From NCBI GenBank assembly GCA_964016885.1, contig OZ024746.1, positions 55,304,001 through 55,368,000 of the forward strand: a stretch of 64,000 nucleotides of DNA. Reading direction: 5' to 3'. The DNA comes from Eledone cirrhosa (taxonomy: Eukaryota). The position numbers and the translations under genes were made by a program. Shown in pieces: positions 1 to 14,057 of this stretch (within the stretch, counting starts at the first letter, position 1; the number at the start of each line of letters is the position of its first letter). Under the pieces are notes generated by a model. It saw only the letters and a list, made by a program, of their open reading frames with translations. It ran no database searches and had not been told where the DNA came from.

Positions 1-80
1 TAAGATAAATAACTAGTAATGCACTGGGGTAATTGCTGGCCTTGTGCAAAAATCAGAAACAATTACTATTATCATTATTA

Positions 81-275
81 AGGTTGGTGGTGGATTAGCA
101 GTATCGGTAGAGCGTCGGATACTATGTTTCGCAGCATAGAGTTGCGGCCCTTTACATTCTGAGTTCAAAACCCGCCGAGGTTAGGTTTGCTTTCAGCCAT
201 ACGGGGTCGATATAATAAAGTACCAGTCACGCACTGATGTCGATTTAATCCTATTTCCTCTCTCCCAAATTATTA
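81..275 (+). mobile_element. tRNA-derived SINE (Meta-domain / octopus OK-type); another 3' tail at 1-70
   Basis: B-box-like GAGTTCAAAACCC followed by TTGCTTTCAGCCATACGGGGTCGATATAATAAAGTACCAG central domain; many related copies in the window. Confidence 0.8.
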
Positions 276-600
276 TTATTGAAGAATGGGAGAATGAGTT
301 CCCGTTAGCCAAGCAGAGTTTCAATATTCATTTATTCTGGCTAAGTGGTGAATCTCCAGATGAACAAGGCTCGCTACTAAGCCCATACATTTAAAATGTA
401 TGGGCCACCGTAGATTTTTTTTTGTTCAGTTGTGGTCACCACCCTATAATGGAGAAGCCCTTCTAAAAGAGGCACCTTCACTATAGAGTTGAGCATATAT
501 GTTAAGTGTATGAAATTTAATACAAACTAAATAAGCACTCTTGCACTAGAGTGGGCACGTTTTCTTTGCATTTTATCTAACGATGTCCTGCACACACAAA

Positions 601-933
601 CATGTGGCATAGTCGTTACAGATTTGGGCTTACAATTGAGAGGTTGTGAGTTCGATTCTCGAACCGGGTGATGCGTTGTGTCCTTGAGCAAGACACTTTA
701 GTTCACGTTGCTCCAGTTTAATCAGCTGTAGAAATGAGTTGCGATGTCACTGGTGCCAAGCTGTATCGGTCATTGTCTTTCCCTTGGACAACAACGGTGG
801 CGTGAAGAGGAGAGACTGGTATGCATGGGCGACTGTTGGTCTTTCACAAAACAAATCTTGCTCAGGCTTGTGCCTCGGAGGGAAAACTTCTTGGTGCAAA
901 ACCATGGTCATTCGTGACAGTGTGGGGCCTTCA
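601..933 (+). mobile_element. tRNA-derived CORE-type SINE (octopus OR-like)
   Basis: A/B boxes (TGGCATAGTCG...GAGTTCGATTCT), CORE-like GTGTCCTTGAGCAAGACACTTTA...GTTGCTCCAG, ends at a microsatellite. Confidence 0.75.
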
Positions 934-966
934 TAGAGAGAGAGAAAGATATATATATAGAGAGAC

Positions 967-1031
<65 letters not shown>

Positions 1032-1040
1032 AACACACAC

Positions 1041-1071
<31 letters not shown>

Positions 1072-2269
1072 TCGTATTTTCGTGTTTGTTCATGTATGTC
1101 TGATTTAATGTCGCATTAACTAGCTTTTCGACAAACAGAAAGATCTTTAAAATGAGTGGGAGACTTGTAAAATATATATCATGGGGTCGATATGACGGAC
1201 TAAAACTTTTCAAGTTGATGCACAATGATGGCAGTTGTATAGCGATTGAAACCAGTAAAAACAAAGATATATGTTACCACTTAGTAGCTCTATTTGGGGT
1301 AGTAGTATATTTCGGAAAGTCAGAACGCGCAGAATCACAAACGATCTATTATCACCCCTGATTTATTGGTATTTTCTTAAATGCAAGGCGATTGTTTTCT
1401 ACAATAGTTCAGCATGCCCTGATGCCAACAGCTTAAATAATTTCACTAAACACATTGGTCGATGTAAAAAGAAATTCATTTTGACACCCAATAACAAACA
1501 TAATTGTTTGAAGCCAACGAGGGAATGTTTACGTGTTGACACGATCTGCTAAAAGTAATTGCCCAATCTTCCTCAAATTAAACGCTCACCATAAGTGAGA
1601 TGGAGCAGGCTTTCATATATTTTTGCTGTTCGGTTAACGTTGGCCATTCAAGGCAGCATGGCTGATTGTATTAAGAAGTTCACTCTACAATCGTATGGTA
1701 ACGGGATCAAACTCATTGTCTGGCTACTTAGCACGTTCTATTCACAAAAGTCAATCGGCGATTCAAGAGCCATGCAATGGAATCGAACTTAAACCCCCAT
1801 GATTACGAAACAAAATAGTTTAAATAAGATTGTCTGTATAACATATGAGATGTCATGGTTATACCACCAATCCACCAGATTTGATCTGGGGTTAATAAAA
1901 AATAAACAAAGACGACTGCAACAGTTGAATTCAGAGCCACACTCAGTTTCCAATGCCTGCCTAACTATGCCACCCGATGGCAATGTTTCGGCAGCCCTAA
2001 GATTACATTCGTTTTGAAACCTCTACAATGGAAACACTTGCACCATGAGCCGTCAACACACCTCGTTACTTATTACGATACTGATTCCGATAGCTATCTG
2101 TAAGAGTGAGCTCCGCTAGAATTAAAAGCTTTTCCAGCGCAACTCCTCACCTTCGTCAATGTGCCTCCCGGAATTCCATAGCGTCTTCTGCTTAAATCAT
2201 AATTGGAAGTTTAATAGCAACGTTAATCTTAAATTATATTCTTTTTAACAAGAATCATTGTCTCTGTTT

Positions 2270-2425
2270 CAGTGGACTTAGGATGGTTGACTGTTTAAGA
2301 GACTCGTTTCATAATCATAGCGTTCCAGGTTCAATCTCCCTGCGTGGTGTCTTGAGCAATTTAGGCTACCTATGTCTTGTTAGTAAAATTCGGTGAGAAG
2401 AATTCGTATGGAATCCTGTCAGATA
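2270..2425 (+). mobile_element. degenerate tRNA-derived SINE
   Basis: GGTTCAATCTCCCTGCGTGGTGTCTTGAGCAA resembles B box plus CORE. Confidence 0.5.
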
Positions 2426-3136
2426 GACTGTATAATTTATTCAAATTGCCGGCTTTGTCACACAACCAGGGTATTATTAAAATATGTTATGCCAAGGATG
2501 GAATATAATATATTTGAAAGCCCTCTATCATTAAATCCCCTCAGAAAATACAAATAAAGACAATAACCACTGAGACATATTTCCTAGGCTTCGGGAGATT
2601 CAAATGTATGAAAGATTCTGCAGTTTTCAAACAGGGAATGTAAATGTAATAGGTAAGTTGTCTGTCCTTCTATAGATTCTGATAATCCATAAAACAATGG
2701 TACATAATAATCCAAAGGCTGGATTTTCGGTGACGTGACGATTGCATTAATAATGAAAGAATGAAATTAGCTGTTCACACAAACAATTAAATAATTAATT
2801 TTTAAACATTAAATCCATATCCTTTAAATTAGGTGACGAGATGGCTGTTATAATTTCACAGAAATATATTTGCATGTGTGTATAATGAAGTTATGTGAAT
2901 TTCATAATTGTACGTGTATGTGCACGTATAATGTGTATGGGAAGTTTTATGTCTTTACCTCAATGATTGCATATTTTACATTCATGTGTGTGTGTGAAAA
3001 GCTTTATAATTTAAGTGTGTTATTTTTAAATAGAAACTATTGCCAAATCAAACCGAAATAATATTTTGATAATTAAAATTATTGGAAATTATACACGCGC
3101 AGATAATTACACAGGCACACGTACAAACAAACAAAC

Positions 3137-3138
<2 letters not shown>

Positions 3139-3201
<63 letters not shown>

Positions 3202-3251
3202 ACATACGCATGTGTTTATATATATATATATATATATATATATTTACACAA

Positions 3252-3291
<40 letters not shown>

Positions 3292-3339
3292 ACAAACACA
3301 CACACATATATATATATATATATTTACACAAACACACAA

Positions 3340-3373
<34 letters not shown>

Positions 3374-3389
3374 TTACACAAACTCACGA

Positions 3390-3470
<81 letters not shown>

Positions 3471-3482
3471 TGTGTGTGCGCG
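3139..3482. repeat. compound (CA)n/(TA)n microsatellite with repeated TTTACACAAACACACA unit
   Basis: direct reading. Confidence 0.95.
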
Positions 3483-4196
3483 TCTGTGAGTGTTTTACAT
3501 TTATCATTCTTCATATTTAATCTTTCAAAATATCAATATTGTTGTGTCTATGCACACAGTAACACACAGACGGACACACACATACACATGTATATACTGA
3601 CAATTTGAAAGATTAGAAAATATAATATGAAAAAGACACGAAAACAAAGTAAATGAATAACGTATTACTGTAATTGTTGTTTTTCTTGTGCTTGTTGCTC
3701 TTGTTTCAAATAGAAGCGTCGGCATTAAAGCTGTGAAGTTTTTAGATAGACAGTGAATGTAGGAATTATAGGAGTTTATCAAAGAATTGCAGTCAACACC
3801 AACATCAATGAGATGATAGAATTATAAAAGACTCTTAATACAATTGTTTGATGGTTTGTTTGTCAATCTTAATCAAACATGAGTATTATTTTATCAAAAT
3901 GTGCAGTCAATACAGATATTGCTGTAACTTTAGAAACAATAAATGGTGATAACGTTAAAATAAATAAAATAATCAAATAAAGTAACATAATATATTAAGG
4001 ACTGAAACAATTCGATATTTTAAAATTCTATTGATATATTTTCTTCTTGTTCGTCATCGTTGCTAGTAATGTTTGTGGATGTATTAGTGCCATTAATGTG
4101 ATTGTTTCTCTAGTTTTCATATTTATATTGCGTGATTTTTACTGCATAAAATATGGCTCTGCTCTCTCTCTCTCTATACATATATATATATATATA

Positions 4197-4330
<134 letters not shown>

Positions 4331-4421
4331 TGCGTGTGTGTGCGAATGCGTTGAGGTTGTTTAGTTTAGGTGGGTTTTTTTCGGCCGCAGGCTTCTCTCT
4401 CTGTCTGTCTCTTTCTCACTC

Positions 4422-4463
<42 letters not shown>

Positions 4464-5481
4464 TCTCCCTATCTCCCCCTCTCTCTCTCTGTATGCGTGT
4501 GTGTGTGCCTTGAGGATGTGCAGAGTATAGTTTAGTTTTGGTGTCTATTTTTCGGGTTCTGGCTTCTGATGTATTGAATGTACTTTATGTATAATGTGTG
4601 CTGACTGAGCCTAACGCTGTTATTTTATATATCGTGTATAAATTATCCTGAAGTTCTATAGTTAGGTGTTTTACTACAATAACTTTATTCGAACTTTATT
4701 TTTAATGTGACTTACAACATGAGCTACATGTTATAATGCGACACAAAATGCATATATGTGATAAATCACTGTCTTATTTGTGTATATAATTTCTTAATGT
4801 TGCGAAAAATTGTATTTTTTGAGATTCTCTAATAGGTCAGCACTGGCAGTTTGAACATTACTGAGCTACATAACGTCATCTACTTTACATAAAATATAAT
4901 CTGACTGAGCCTAATGGTGATATTCTGTTTCTATATGCGTATATCTTGAGATTATATACATAAGCATGTATCTGCAATCTCTTTATATCGTTCTCTATTG
5001 TACTTAATATGTTTTTTTTACTGCACATATCATAGCACTTCTATTATTGTGTGCCTTGGGCATGTGCATAATTATGCTTAGTTTTGCTGACTATTTTTCT
5101 ATGGTGTTTTTATAATGTATTGAATGTAAAAGACAGAATGTGTGCTGAGTGCACCAATATTTTTATTTTATATATTATCTGTAGATGCGTGATTTCTGCA
5201 GTTATATAAAATGTTTTGTTTATATCTATTCATATCTTTGTAATTTTTACATAATGTATATGTAGACTGTTTAGTCATGTTATATTGTTTATGTTCTCTA
5301 GATCCGTGAAACGTGGGTTTATGATGCATGTATGGACTCGTGACTATTGATACTGTCGAAGGGAACTGTATTTAAGTATAGCGTTTCTCTGATATTTGAA
5401 ATCTGGCGGAGTATATATCCTCTCGTGGTCTGAACACAACCGATTTCTTCCATATATATATATATATATATATACATATAT

Positions 5482-5718
5482 ATTTATTAAAATAACAGAT
5501 TAAAGTTTAAGCAAAGAATCGCTGCTTTCACCCTTAACGGGATCTTCTGAAGATTAGTTTCAGAAGATCCCGTTAAGGGTGAAAGCAGAGATTCTTTGCT
5601 TAACTTTTAATCTGTTATTTTAATAAATATTTGCTCTACTGTTCATATATATTTGATATATGGTTATCCTTATCGAGCCCTCTATGGATTTTAGTCTTCA
5701 AATTTATTATTATTACTA
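5482..5718 (+). mobile_element. minimal fold-back PLE family A insertion (inverted short end + end with tail)
   Basis: 5482-5551 is the reverse complement of 5559-5630; both match the 3' end of the PLE at 52430-52596; flanked by (TA)n. Confidence 0.85.
5556..5605 (+). ncRNA. hammerhead-like motif, family A (CAGAAGA core); inverted copy at 5504-5551
   Basis: AGTTT-CAGAAGA-TCCCgttaaGGGT-GAAA-GCA...TGC-TT-AACT. Confidence 0.6.
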
Positions 5719-5795
5719 TATATATATATATATATATATATAGTAATAATAATTACGAAGATCAAAATGCAAAGAAGGCTCGATAAGCATTGCTT

Positions 5796-5893
<98 letters not shown>

Positions 5894-5931
5894 ATGTGTG
5901 TGTGTGTGTGGTGAGTGTGTGTGTGTGTGTG

Positions 5932-6002
<71 letters not shown>

Positions 6003-6005
<3 letters not shown>

Positions 6006-6376
6006 TAAAAGGTAAACAGAAATAACAACACAATCGGTACAGTATATGGAAGGTATATGGAAGGTACAGTATATGGAACGCTTGATATAGCAGGAAGAGG
6101 GTCTTAAAGTTTCGGACGCTAGTCTTTCATGAGAAGAAAGAATGAGAAATAAAATAGATTGAGGGGACGGGAGGGAGGGAATTGGAAAAAATGTCTTTAG
6201 ATAAAAATAACAGGTCCATTCGTGTTGACATCTCTTGGGAAACTGTCGCTGCTGACGTTTTGTGTATGATTTGTTTTTTTTAGAAAAGTGGATGATGGAG
6301 CGCGTCTACCTGAAATGAAAAAAAACGTTTTTTAAAAGAGCTATACATGAACACGTGCGTAAGCATGTGTGTGTGT

Positions 6377-6413
<37 letters not shown>

Positions 6414-6424
6414 TGGGTGTATGG

Positions 6425-6474
<50 letters not shown>

Positions 6475-7055
6475 GGGAGGGTGTGTGTTGTTATAGGTTC
6501 GTACGAAGCTAAGAAGAAATGTGTGGGTATATGTGAGTAAAAGAGTGTGTGTGCATGTAAGTACGAAGCTATGAGCAAAAGTATGTTAATATAAGGGTGT
6601 GTACCGGCATGTATTAGTAGTAAGAGATGCTGCTAATGATCAAGAGAAAGCGATAGGAATCTCTGGGTGTGATCATGGATGGTGTATTAGAGAATTTGGG
6701 GAGGTGAGTTGAGTCCAAGTGGGGTATAGGACCTAAGCCGTTGAATCAGAATTTGTTTAGTCCTGGGGCGCGAGGCCTGTGATCCATGACCCGTAAAAGG
6801 ACAGCCAGGACTGAAACATGTACGGAACAATGACCAGGAGAACAGAAATGACGAGTGGAATGAGTATCCAAACCGAGTCTGATGTCCCTCAAATGTTCGG
6901 CAAAACAGTCCATCATACGGCGTCCCGTTTGTCCGATATATAAAGAACCATAAAGGGAACACCGGAGGGCATAGACAGCGTGGCTGGATGAGCAGGTGAA
7001 GGAATGGCGGATACGGAAAAACCCTCTAAGAGTGGTGAGGGTGGAATAATAAAAG
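6003..7055 (-). mobile_element. PLE 3' fragment (Neptune/Poseidon-like GIY-YIG at about 6687-7040 plus 3' UTR)
   Basis: minus strand reads FRIRHSFTCSSSHAVYALRCSLYGSLYIGQTGRRMMDCFAEHLRDIR...HFCSPGH, then frameshift, ...ILIQRLRSYTPLGLN; degenerate HHR (CTCATGA...GAAAC) near 6105-6135. Confidence 0.8.
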
Positions 7056-7198
7056 AGTATATATAAACCCGTAGCGCAAATATTTTCAATTAGTACAGAC
7101 TAAAATGGTCGCTGCTTTCACCCTATTACGGGATCTATACAGAGCGTGAGAGAGAGGGAGAGAGAGGGAGAGAGAGGGAGAGAGAGGGAGAGAGAGAA

Positions 7199-7285
<87 letters not shown>

Positions 7286-7755
7286 TGCGATAAGATAAGG
7301 ATATATAGAGAAAGAATCGAATGTAGTAATGTAATGTTTATGTCGAACATAAACGTTTCAAAGCCTCCGTCGTGATTTGAACTCAATATACAACGATTAT
7401 TACAAAGTACTCTTTGAGACGATCTGGCAACTCTAATGATTGGCTACCTCTGAAATGTTTAACTTAGGCATTTGTCTGTATGCTTTTATATTATGCTGTA
7501 CTATACATTTTATATTTCATGTTAGTTTCAATTATTTTATTCCGGCCATGCTGAAACACCACCTTGCTTTAAGTGGTCATATAGACACCATGGTTGTTTT
7601 TACTAAGACTGTTACTTATTTCAGCATTCGCTTTTGGTAGGTTACGGGACATAAAAAGATACACCACATTCACACAATCAAGCGCACACAAACACACATA
7701 TATGTATATGTACATATATACATATATATGATTAAATATATATATATTATTATTA

Positions 7756-7818
<63 letters not shown>

Positions 7819-8263
7819 TATACATTTATATATCATATGTATATAGGAGAGAAAATGAGTGTGTGTGTGTGTGTGTGTGTGTGCAAGTGTATGTATGCAT
7901 ATGTGTTTGTGTTCGTATGTGTGTGTGTGCGTGTCCGAGCTATATATGTGTAAATATCTTTCTATATATATAATTCTGAAATACCAACCAAAGATCCAGT
8001 CAATAGGAAATCTAACGGTCGGGTTTAATTCACTGTTCTATTTGAGAAAATATCAATCTGAAAGAATTCAGAGCTAACGGAAGTGCTTGCCATTCCTACA
8101 TTATCTCGTCTTTTACTGCCGCGCTCATCACTATGGTGAGTATTTTGGTATTCACACATCCACGCGAAAACTATGTATGTATGCATGTGTCCACGTATAT
8201 ATATGTATGTAAATATGTATGTGTATGTGTGTGTGTGTGTGTGTATATGTATTTATATAAAAT

Positions 8264-8306
<43 letters not shown>

Positions 8307-8475
8307 GTACACATACATGTATATATGCGTATATTGGAACATGCAGACAGATAGAAAGGCAGACATTGATATTTGGATAAGTTCAACTATTGCATATCTA
8401 CACACGTACGCACAGACGCCGACACACACACACACATATGTGTATATATATATATGTGTGTGTATATATATATAC

Positions 8476-8581
<106 letters not shown>

Positions 8582-8904
8582 CGATGTTTCATCATGTATG
8601 TATATAGTTAGAAAATGCAATGACTTCCGAAATTTCACCGACTGCTTCTTATGTCTGGCAGACGTCAGAAAATAATTTGCTGAATCTTTGACGGTGTTGG
8701 TAGACATCTTCCCAGAAAACATACATTATACTCTGCTCACATATTGATAATGATTGACTCTTTCATGTACACTCTCCCTACTCACCCACGAAACAACCAC
8801 GTCAGTATACATATTAGTTTGACTCCATGATAATAATAAAAAAAAGAAAAGGACATAGAATATCTATGTCTCATGCTGGGAGCATGCATTTAAGTCGTGA
8901 TCTG

Positions 8905-8936
<32 letters not shown>

Positions 8937-8980
8937 ATGTATGTGTGTGTGTGTGTATTTGTGTGTTGAAGAGATCTGGT

Positions 8981-9142
8981 GCCCGACGGCTGAACACTAA
9001 GCGTCTCGACAGTTAATTCCAGACTGGAATTAGCTGTCGAAACGTCAATTGTTTCACCTTATGGATCTTCAGTACGATCTGAAGATCTGCTTAGGTGAAA
9101 ATATTGTTCTCTGTATGGTGAACTAACTGTTGTGTTACTACT
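8981..9142. mobile_element. two adjacent mini fold-backs: family B-like (8981-9045) and family C (9047-9142)
   Basis: CGACAGTTAATTCCAG/CTGGAATTAGCTGTCG inverted pair; inverted pair of CTGAAGA-TCC..GGT-GAAA cores. Confidence 0.65.
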
Positions 9143-9145
9143 TAT

Positions 9146-9237
<92 letters not shown>

Positions 9238-9239
9238 GC

Positions 9240-9288
<49 letters not shown>

Positions 9289-9338
9289 CTTTTCTGAGTC
9301 CAACCATTTTCGTTGCTGTGGTAATGCGGCCTATCTGC

Positions 9339-9383
<45 letters not shown>

Positions 9384-9595
9384 GTACATACATACTACTT
9401 GTGTGTGTATATATATATATATGTGCATAGTATAATAATTTATTCTTATATTATTATACTCTGCTCTACGCGGGCATCGATTGCTTACCCGGCATACCAC
9501 CTACGGACGCAATTGTCTTGCACCTATGCACCTATACACACACACACACACACACACGCCCCCCCCCCACATATATATGAAATTACATGTGTGTT

Positions 9596-10237
9596 AGTAC
9601 ACCATGTGCGTGTGGATATGGATGTCTGACGGGATTATCCTTTTCTTTTACAAATAATAGCTCACGGTTTCGATACCACCTATTAACCCATTAACTCCCT
9701 TTGTTCGTATGCACCAAGCACTCTCTAAGCTCTTATTTGATATTTGGTATATATATATACATATATATATATATATAACTTAGATGCACCACCAGAATTG
9801 TAATTTATCTGCGCTGAATTTTCACGGATATATATATATATATATATATATAGTGCTAGAACACTGGAAGATAATATCCGTAGTGGTAGAGCACTCAGTC
9901 CATGGAACGAGTTAGGGGGAAGTAGTTACACAACAGTTAGTTCACCATACCGAGAACAATTGTTTTACCTTAGCGGATCCTCGGCTCGTAATGGATATGG
10001 TTATACAGAACCGTATAACCATGCCCATGATATATATATATATCAAATATCAAATAAGACCTTAGAGAGTGCTTGGTGCATACGAACAATGGGAGATAAT
10101 GGGTTAATACGTGGTACCGTAACCATGAGCTATTATTTGTAAAAGAAAAGGATAACCCCGTCAGACATCCATATCCACACGCACATGGTGTACTGTCAGC
10201 GCAGATAAAGTACAATTCTGGTGGTGCCTCTAAGTTA
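9596..10237. repeat. inverted repeat pair (9596-9750 / 10038-10193; 9776-9817 / 10196-10237) enclosing a family C end
   Basis: diverged reverse-complement match read directly. Confidence 0.75.
9852..9990 (-). mobile_element. family C PLE-type 3' end with degenerate HHR and tail
   Basis: minus strand TACGAG-CCGAGGA-TCCgctaaGGT-AAAAC-AATT-GTT-CTCGGTA; tail shared with 48800-48940. Confidence 0.65.
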
Positions 10238-10728
10238 TGATAATCTCAAACATGAGATTAGCCAAATTATGTTTTAATTCTATTTCCATGGCTTCTGCCA
10301 CAGAGAGGTTTCAATGGACAGCGCCCAAGGAATACGCAGCCGCGCGTTGCACTATACACCTATGGTGCTTGAAGTCCATGTTGTTGTATTTCAATGTCCA
10401 AATTAAGTCAGCCAGTCTAATGGAGTTTCTCGGAATATTCATTCCTTTACCCCTTTACCCATCACCCCTGCATTCTTGTATTGCTTTATTGCTTACTTCA
10501 AACAATGTGTCAGTGGACGTAAGGCAGACGGGTCGTCACGCATGGATACGTAAGACAGTTTGACCGGGATGGCGATAATAGCCACTAAGTTATAGGAAGC
10601 CCCCTACTGTGATATGACCGAAAACAAGCCAAGGATGACACACCACTATGACAGAATTTACAATGGCATATAAGAAGTAATTGGGATAATATTCAAACAC
10701 TTTCAGACGCTAGTCTACATGTTAAAAC

Positions 10729-10816
10729 ATATCTGAGGAGCTGTCGATTCAGGATTCGGGTTCGATCATTAATAGATCGTTCCTCGAGCTGATCGACAGT
10801 GAAACATGTGTAATAT
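10729..10816 (+). ncRNA. type I hammerhead ribozyme with long stem II
   Basis: ATAT-CTGAGGA-GCTGTCGAT...ATCGACAGT-GAAAC-ATGT-GTA-ATAT; GUA triplet. Confidence 0.7.
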
Positions 10817-10974
10817 CTAATTAAATGTGTATATAATGCAACACTACTTCGTTGTTCCCTTATATATTAATATTATTGATACGGTGCTACCCAAGAGCGT
10901 CGAATGCTCATTCAGCATATCGGCTATGGACGCAACTAACATGCACATTAGTACCAATATATATCTAAAAGTCT

Positions 10975-11164
10975 AAAGTCTCTCTTAAGCCAGAAGACTC
11001 ATTTGGCCGGGGCATATCCCGGTTTGATGGCGTGAAGTGATTGAGAGTACATGACTCCCCTCTGGGCAGGACGCCAGTCTATCGCAGGGTTAAACCCAGA
11101 AATCGAATCTACGTAATTATGATCGTAATCGCCAACACTCTTACCACTAGACCAGGTGCCTCCA

Positions 11165-11165
<1 letters not shown>
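10975..11165 (-). mobile_element. internally deleted tRNA-derived SINE
   Basis: minus strand GTGGAGGCACCTGGTCTAGTGGTAAG head and CCCTGCGATAGACTGGCGTCC tail. Confidence 0.6.
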
Positions 11166-11232
<67 letters not shown>

Positions 11233-11248
11233 TATATACAGTATATAC

Positions 11249-11768
<520 letters not shown>

Positions 11769-12024
11769 AATAAAAAGTATAGAAAATATTGTAGCAAAAA
11801 GCCAACAGTATTCCATAATATATAAGTGACTATAGCGTCAAAATGGGAAAAAATAGTAAACGTAAGATGTGGGAAAAATAATTCAAACTCAACTCAAAAT
11901 GAATCAGGATATAGATTCATCCAACAGAATTTAGTGAAATCCAGGGAAAAATCAATAGAGCCTTAACTCATGATAAAATAAAGTATAAAATACTCATTCT
12001 TCAATTTGGAAACAACTTCAAATG

Positions 12025-12102
12025 CTCTGTATAGTCTTGAAGACTATTTCACGAAAACTTTCAGTGGAGATGGTCATGGTTGGAATCCGATCCTCAGCAG
12101 AG
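12025..12102 (-). ncRNA. type I hammerhead ribozyme, family E copy 1
   Basis: CTCTG-CTGAGGA-TCGGA...TTCGT-GAAAT-AGTCTtcaAGACT-ATA-CAGAG. Confidence 0.75.
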
Positions 12103-12660
12103 TTCAACTCGATAACCAAAATTTCTCACTGATTAATATGCCAAAAAGTGAATTAAAAGCAGGCTATTACCATTATGCGTGATTATGAATAATAAAACGC
12201 ACATGTAGAAAGACAGGGCTGGTGACGTCAGAATGAGACGAATGTTTGTTTACAAGAAACAACAGTCAAAAACATTCCGAAAAAAACTCTACAATAAGGA
12301 GTTCAGCAAAAAGCAATATTATCGCGGTTTTTTAATAGAAAAATACCGGGATTAGTCACAAATAATTTAAGCACTCTAGGAAAGAAATCCGAGTATAAAT
12401 ATATAAATGAAAGGTATAGAAAATATTGTAGCAAGAAGCCAACATTATTCCATAATATATAAGTGACTATAGCGTCAAAATGGGAAAAATAGTTAACGTA
12501 AGATGTGGGAAAAATAATTCAAACTCAACTCAAAATGAATCAGGATATAGATTCATCCAACAGAATTTAGTGAAATCCAGGGAAAAATCAATAGAGCCTT
12601 AACTTATGATAAAATAAAGTATAAAATACTCATTCTTCAATTTGGAAACAACTTCAAATG

Positions 12661-12738
12661 CTCTGTATAGTCTTGAAGACTATTTCACGAAAACTTTCAG
12701 TGGAGATGGTCATGGTTGGAATTCGATCCTCAGCAGAG
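12661..12738 (-). ncRNA. type I hammerhead ribozyme, family E copy 2
   Basis: as copy 1 with CGAA/TTCG stem II. Confidence 0.78.
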
Positions 12739-13297
12739 TTCAACTCGATAACCAAAATTTCTCACTGATTAATATGCCAAAAAGTGAATTAAAAGCAGGC
12801 TATTACCATCATGCGTGATTATGAAAAATAAAACGCACATGTAGAAAGACAGGGCTGGTGACGTCAGAATGAGACGAATGTTTGTTTACAAGAAACAACA
12901 GTCAAAAACATTCCGAAAAAAACTCTACAATAAGGAGTTCAGCAAAAAGCAATATTATCGCGGTTTTTTAATAGAAAAATACCGGGATTAGTCACAAATA
13001 ATTTAAGCACTCTAGGAAAGAAATCCGAGTATAAATATATGAATGAAAGGTATAGAAAATATTGTAGCAAAAAGCCAACATTATTCCATAATATATAAGT
13101 GACTATAGCGTCAAAATGGGAAAAATAGTTAACGTAAGATGTGGGAAAAATAATTCAAACTCAACTCAAAAAAGAATCAGGATATAGATTCATCCAACAG
13201 AATTTAGTGAAATCCAGGGAAAAATCAATAGAGCCTTAACTCATGATAAAATAAAGTTTAAAATACTCATCCTTCAATTTGGAAAAAACTTCAAATG

Positions 13298-13375
13298 CTC
13301 TGTATTGTCTTGAAGACTATGTCACGAAAACTTTCAGTGGAGACGGTCACGGTTGGAATTCGATCCTAAGCAGAG
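13298..13375 (-). ncRNA. mutated hammerhead, family E copy 3
   Basis: core changed to CTTAGGA and GACA. Confidence 0.55.
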
Positions 13376-13415
13376 CTCAACTCGATAACCAAAATGTCTC
13401 ACTGATATATATATA

Positions 13416-13724
13416 TTAGGATTGGTGCTCCGAAATAGCGATGTATACATGAATCTATGTATATTTGGCAGTACACCGTATGTTCAATTATGACTATGTC
13501 ACTTACTTCTAGAAGGGAGAAAAGCTAACAGTCTGTTTCACGCTGGTTGACGATCATCAGAGCGACGCACCCCATGCTTGCTCCGAAAATCATAGAAGCT
13601 TGATTTTTATAGAATTCCAGTAATAATCAGGAGCTGATTATACAGAGCGATTGCCGGTCCAGCGTGAAACAGACTGTTAGCTACTTTCTCTTCTTTCGCC
13701 GAAAAGAAGTAAGTGACATGGTCA
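13416..13724 (-). mobile_element. family I fold-back insertion with HHR at 13524-13563
   Basis: minus strand GCT-CTGATGA-TCGtcaaccagCGT-GAAAC-AGACT-GTT-AGC; inverted arm 13659-13724; flanks homologous to 57358-58245. Confidence 0.7.
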
Positions 13725-13749
13725 CTACTTTACACCAACAGATCACATG

Positions 13750-13822
13750 GGTGATGAGTTGGTATAAATGGTAGCACAATGGTCCGGATAACCAAAGATG
13801 TGGGTTCGACTCCCATGTACCT
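13750..13822 (+). other. tRNA-like head (pseudo-tRNA or SINE head)
   Basis: ATGGTAGCA A box and TGGGTTCGACTCCCA T arm; non-canonical anticodon loop. Confidence 0.45.
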
Positions 13823-13998
13823 CAATACTCATCTTTTTCCATTCCTCCGAGGGTTCTTAACCCCACTATCAGTCTAAATAATTTATTTAATTTCTTTAGT
13901 CAAAATACGCCGATAGCTTACATTTCTAATAATTTCAAACCCACTCGCTGTTTCGAAAATAATCTTACTTGATAATATATATATATAGTTCTCTCTCT

Positions 13999-14057
<59 letters not shown>

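Noticed and set aside
9620-9690. CTGACGG as a hammerhead core in the inverted repeat
   Set aside because: No GAAA-stem III-NUH in a compatible register in either copy
13750-13822. Functional tRNA gene
   Set aside because: Anticodon loop and acceptor stem are non-canonical
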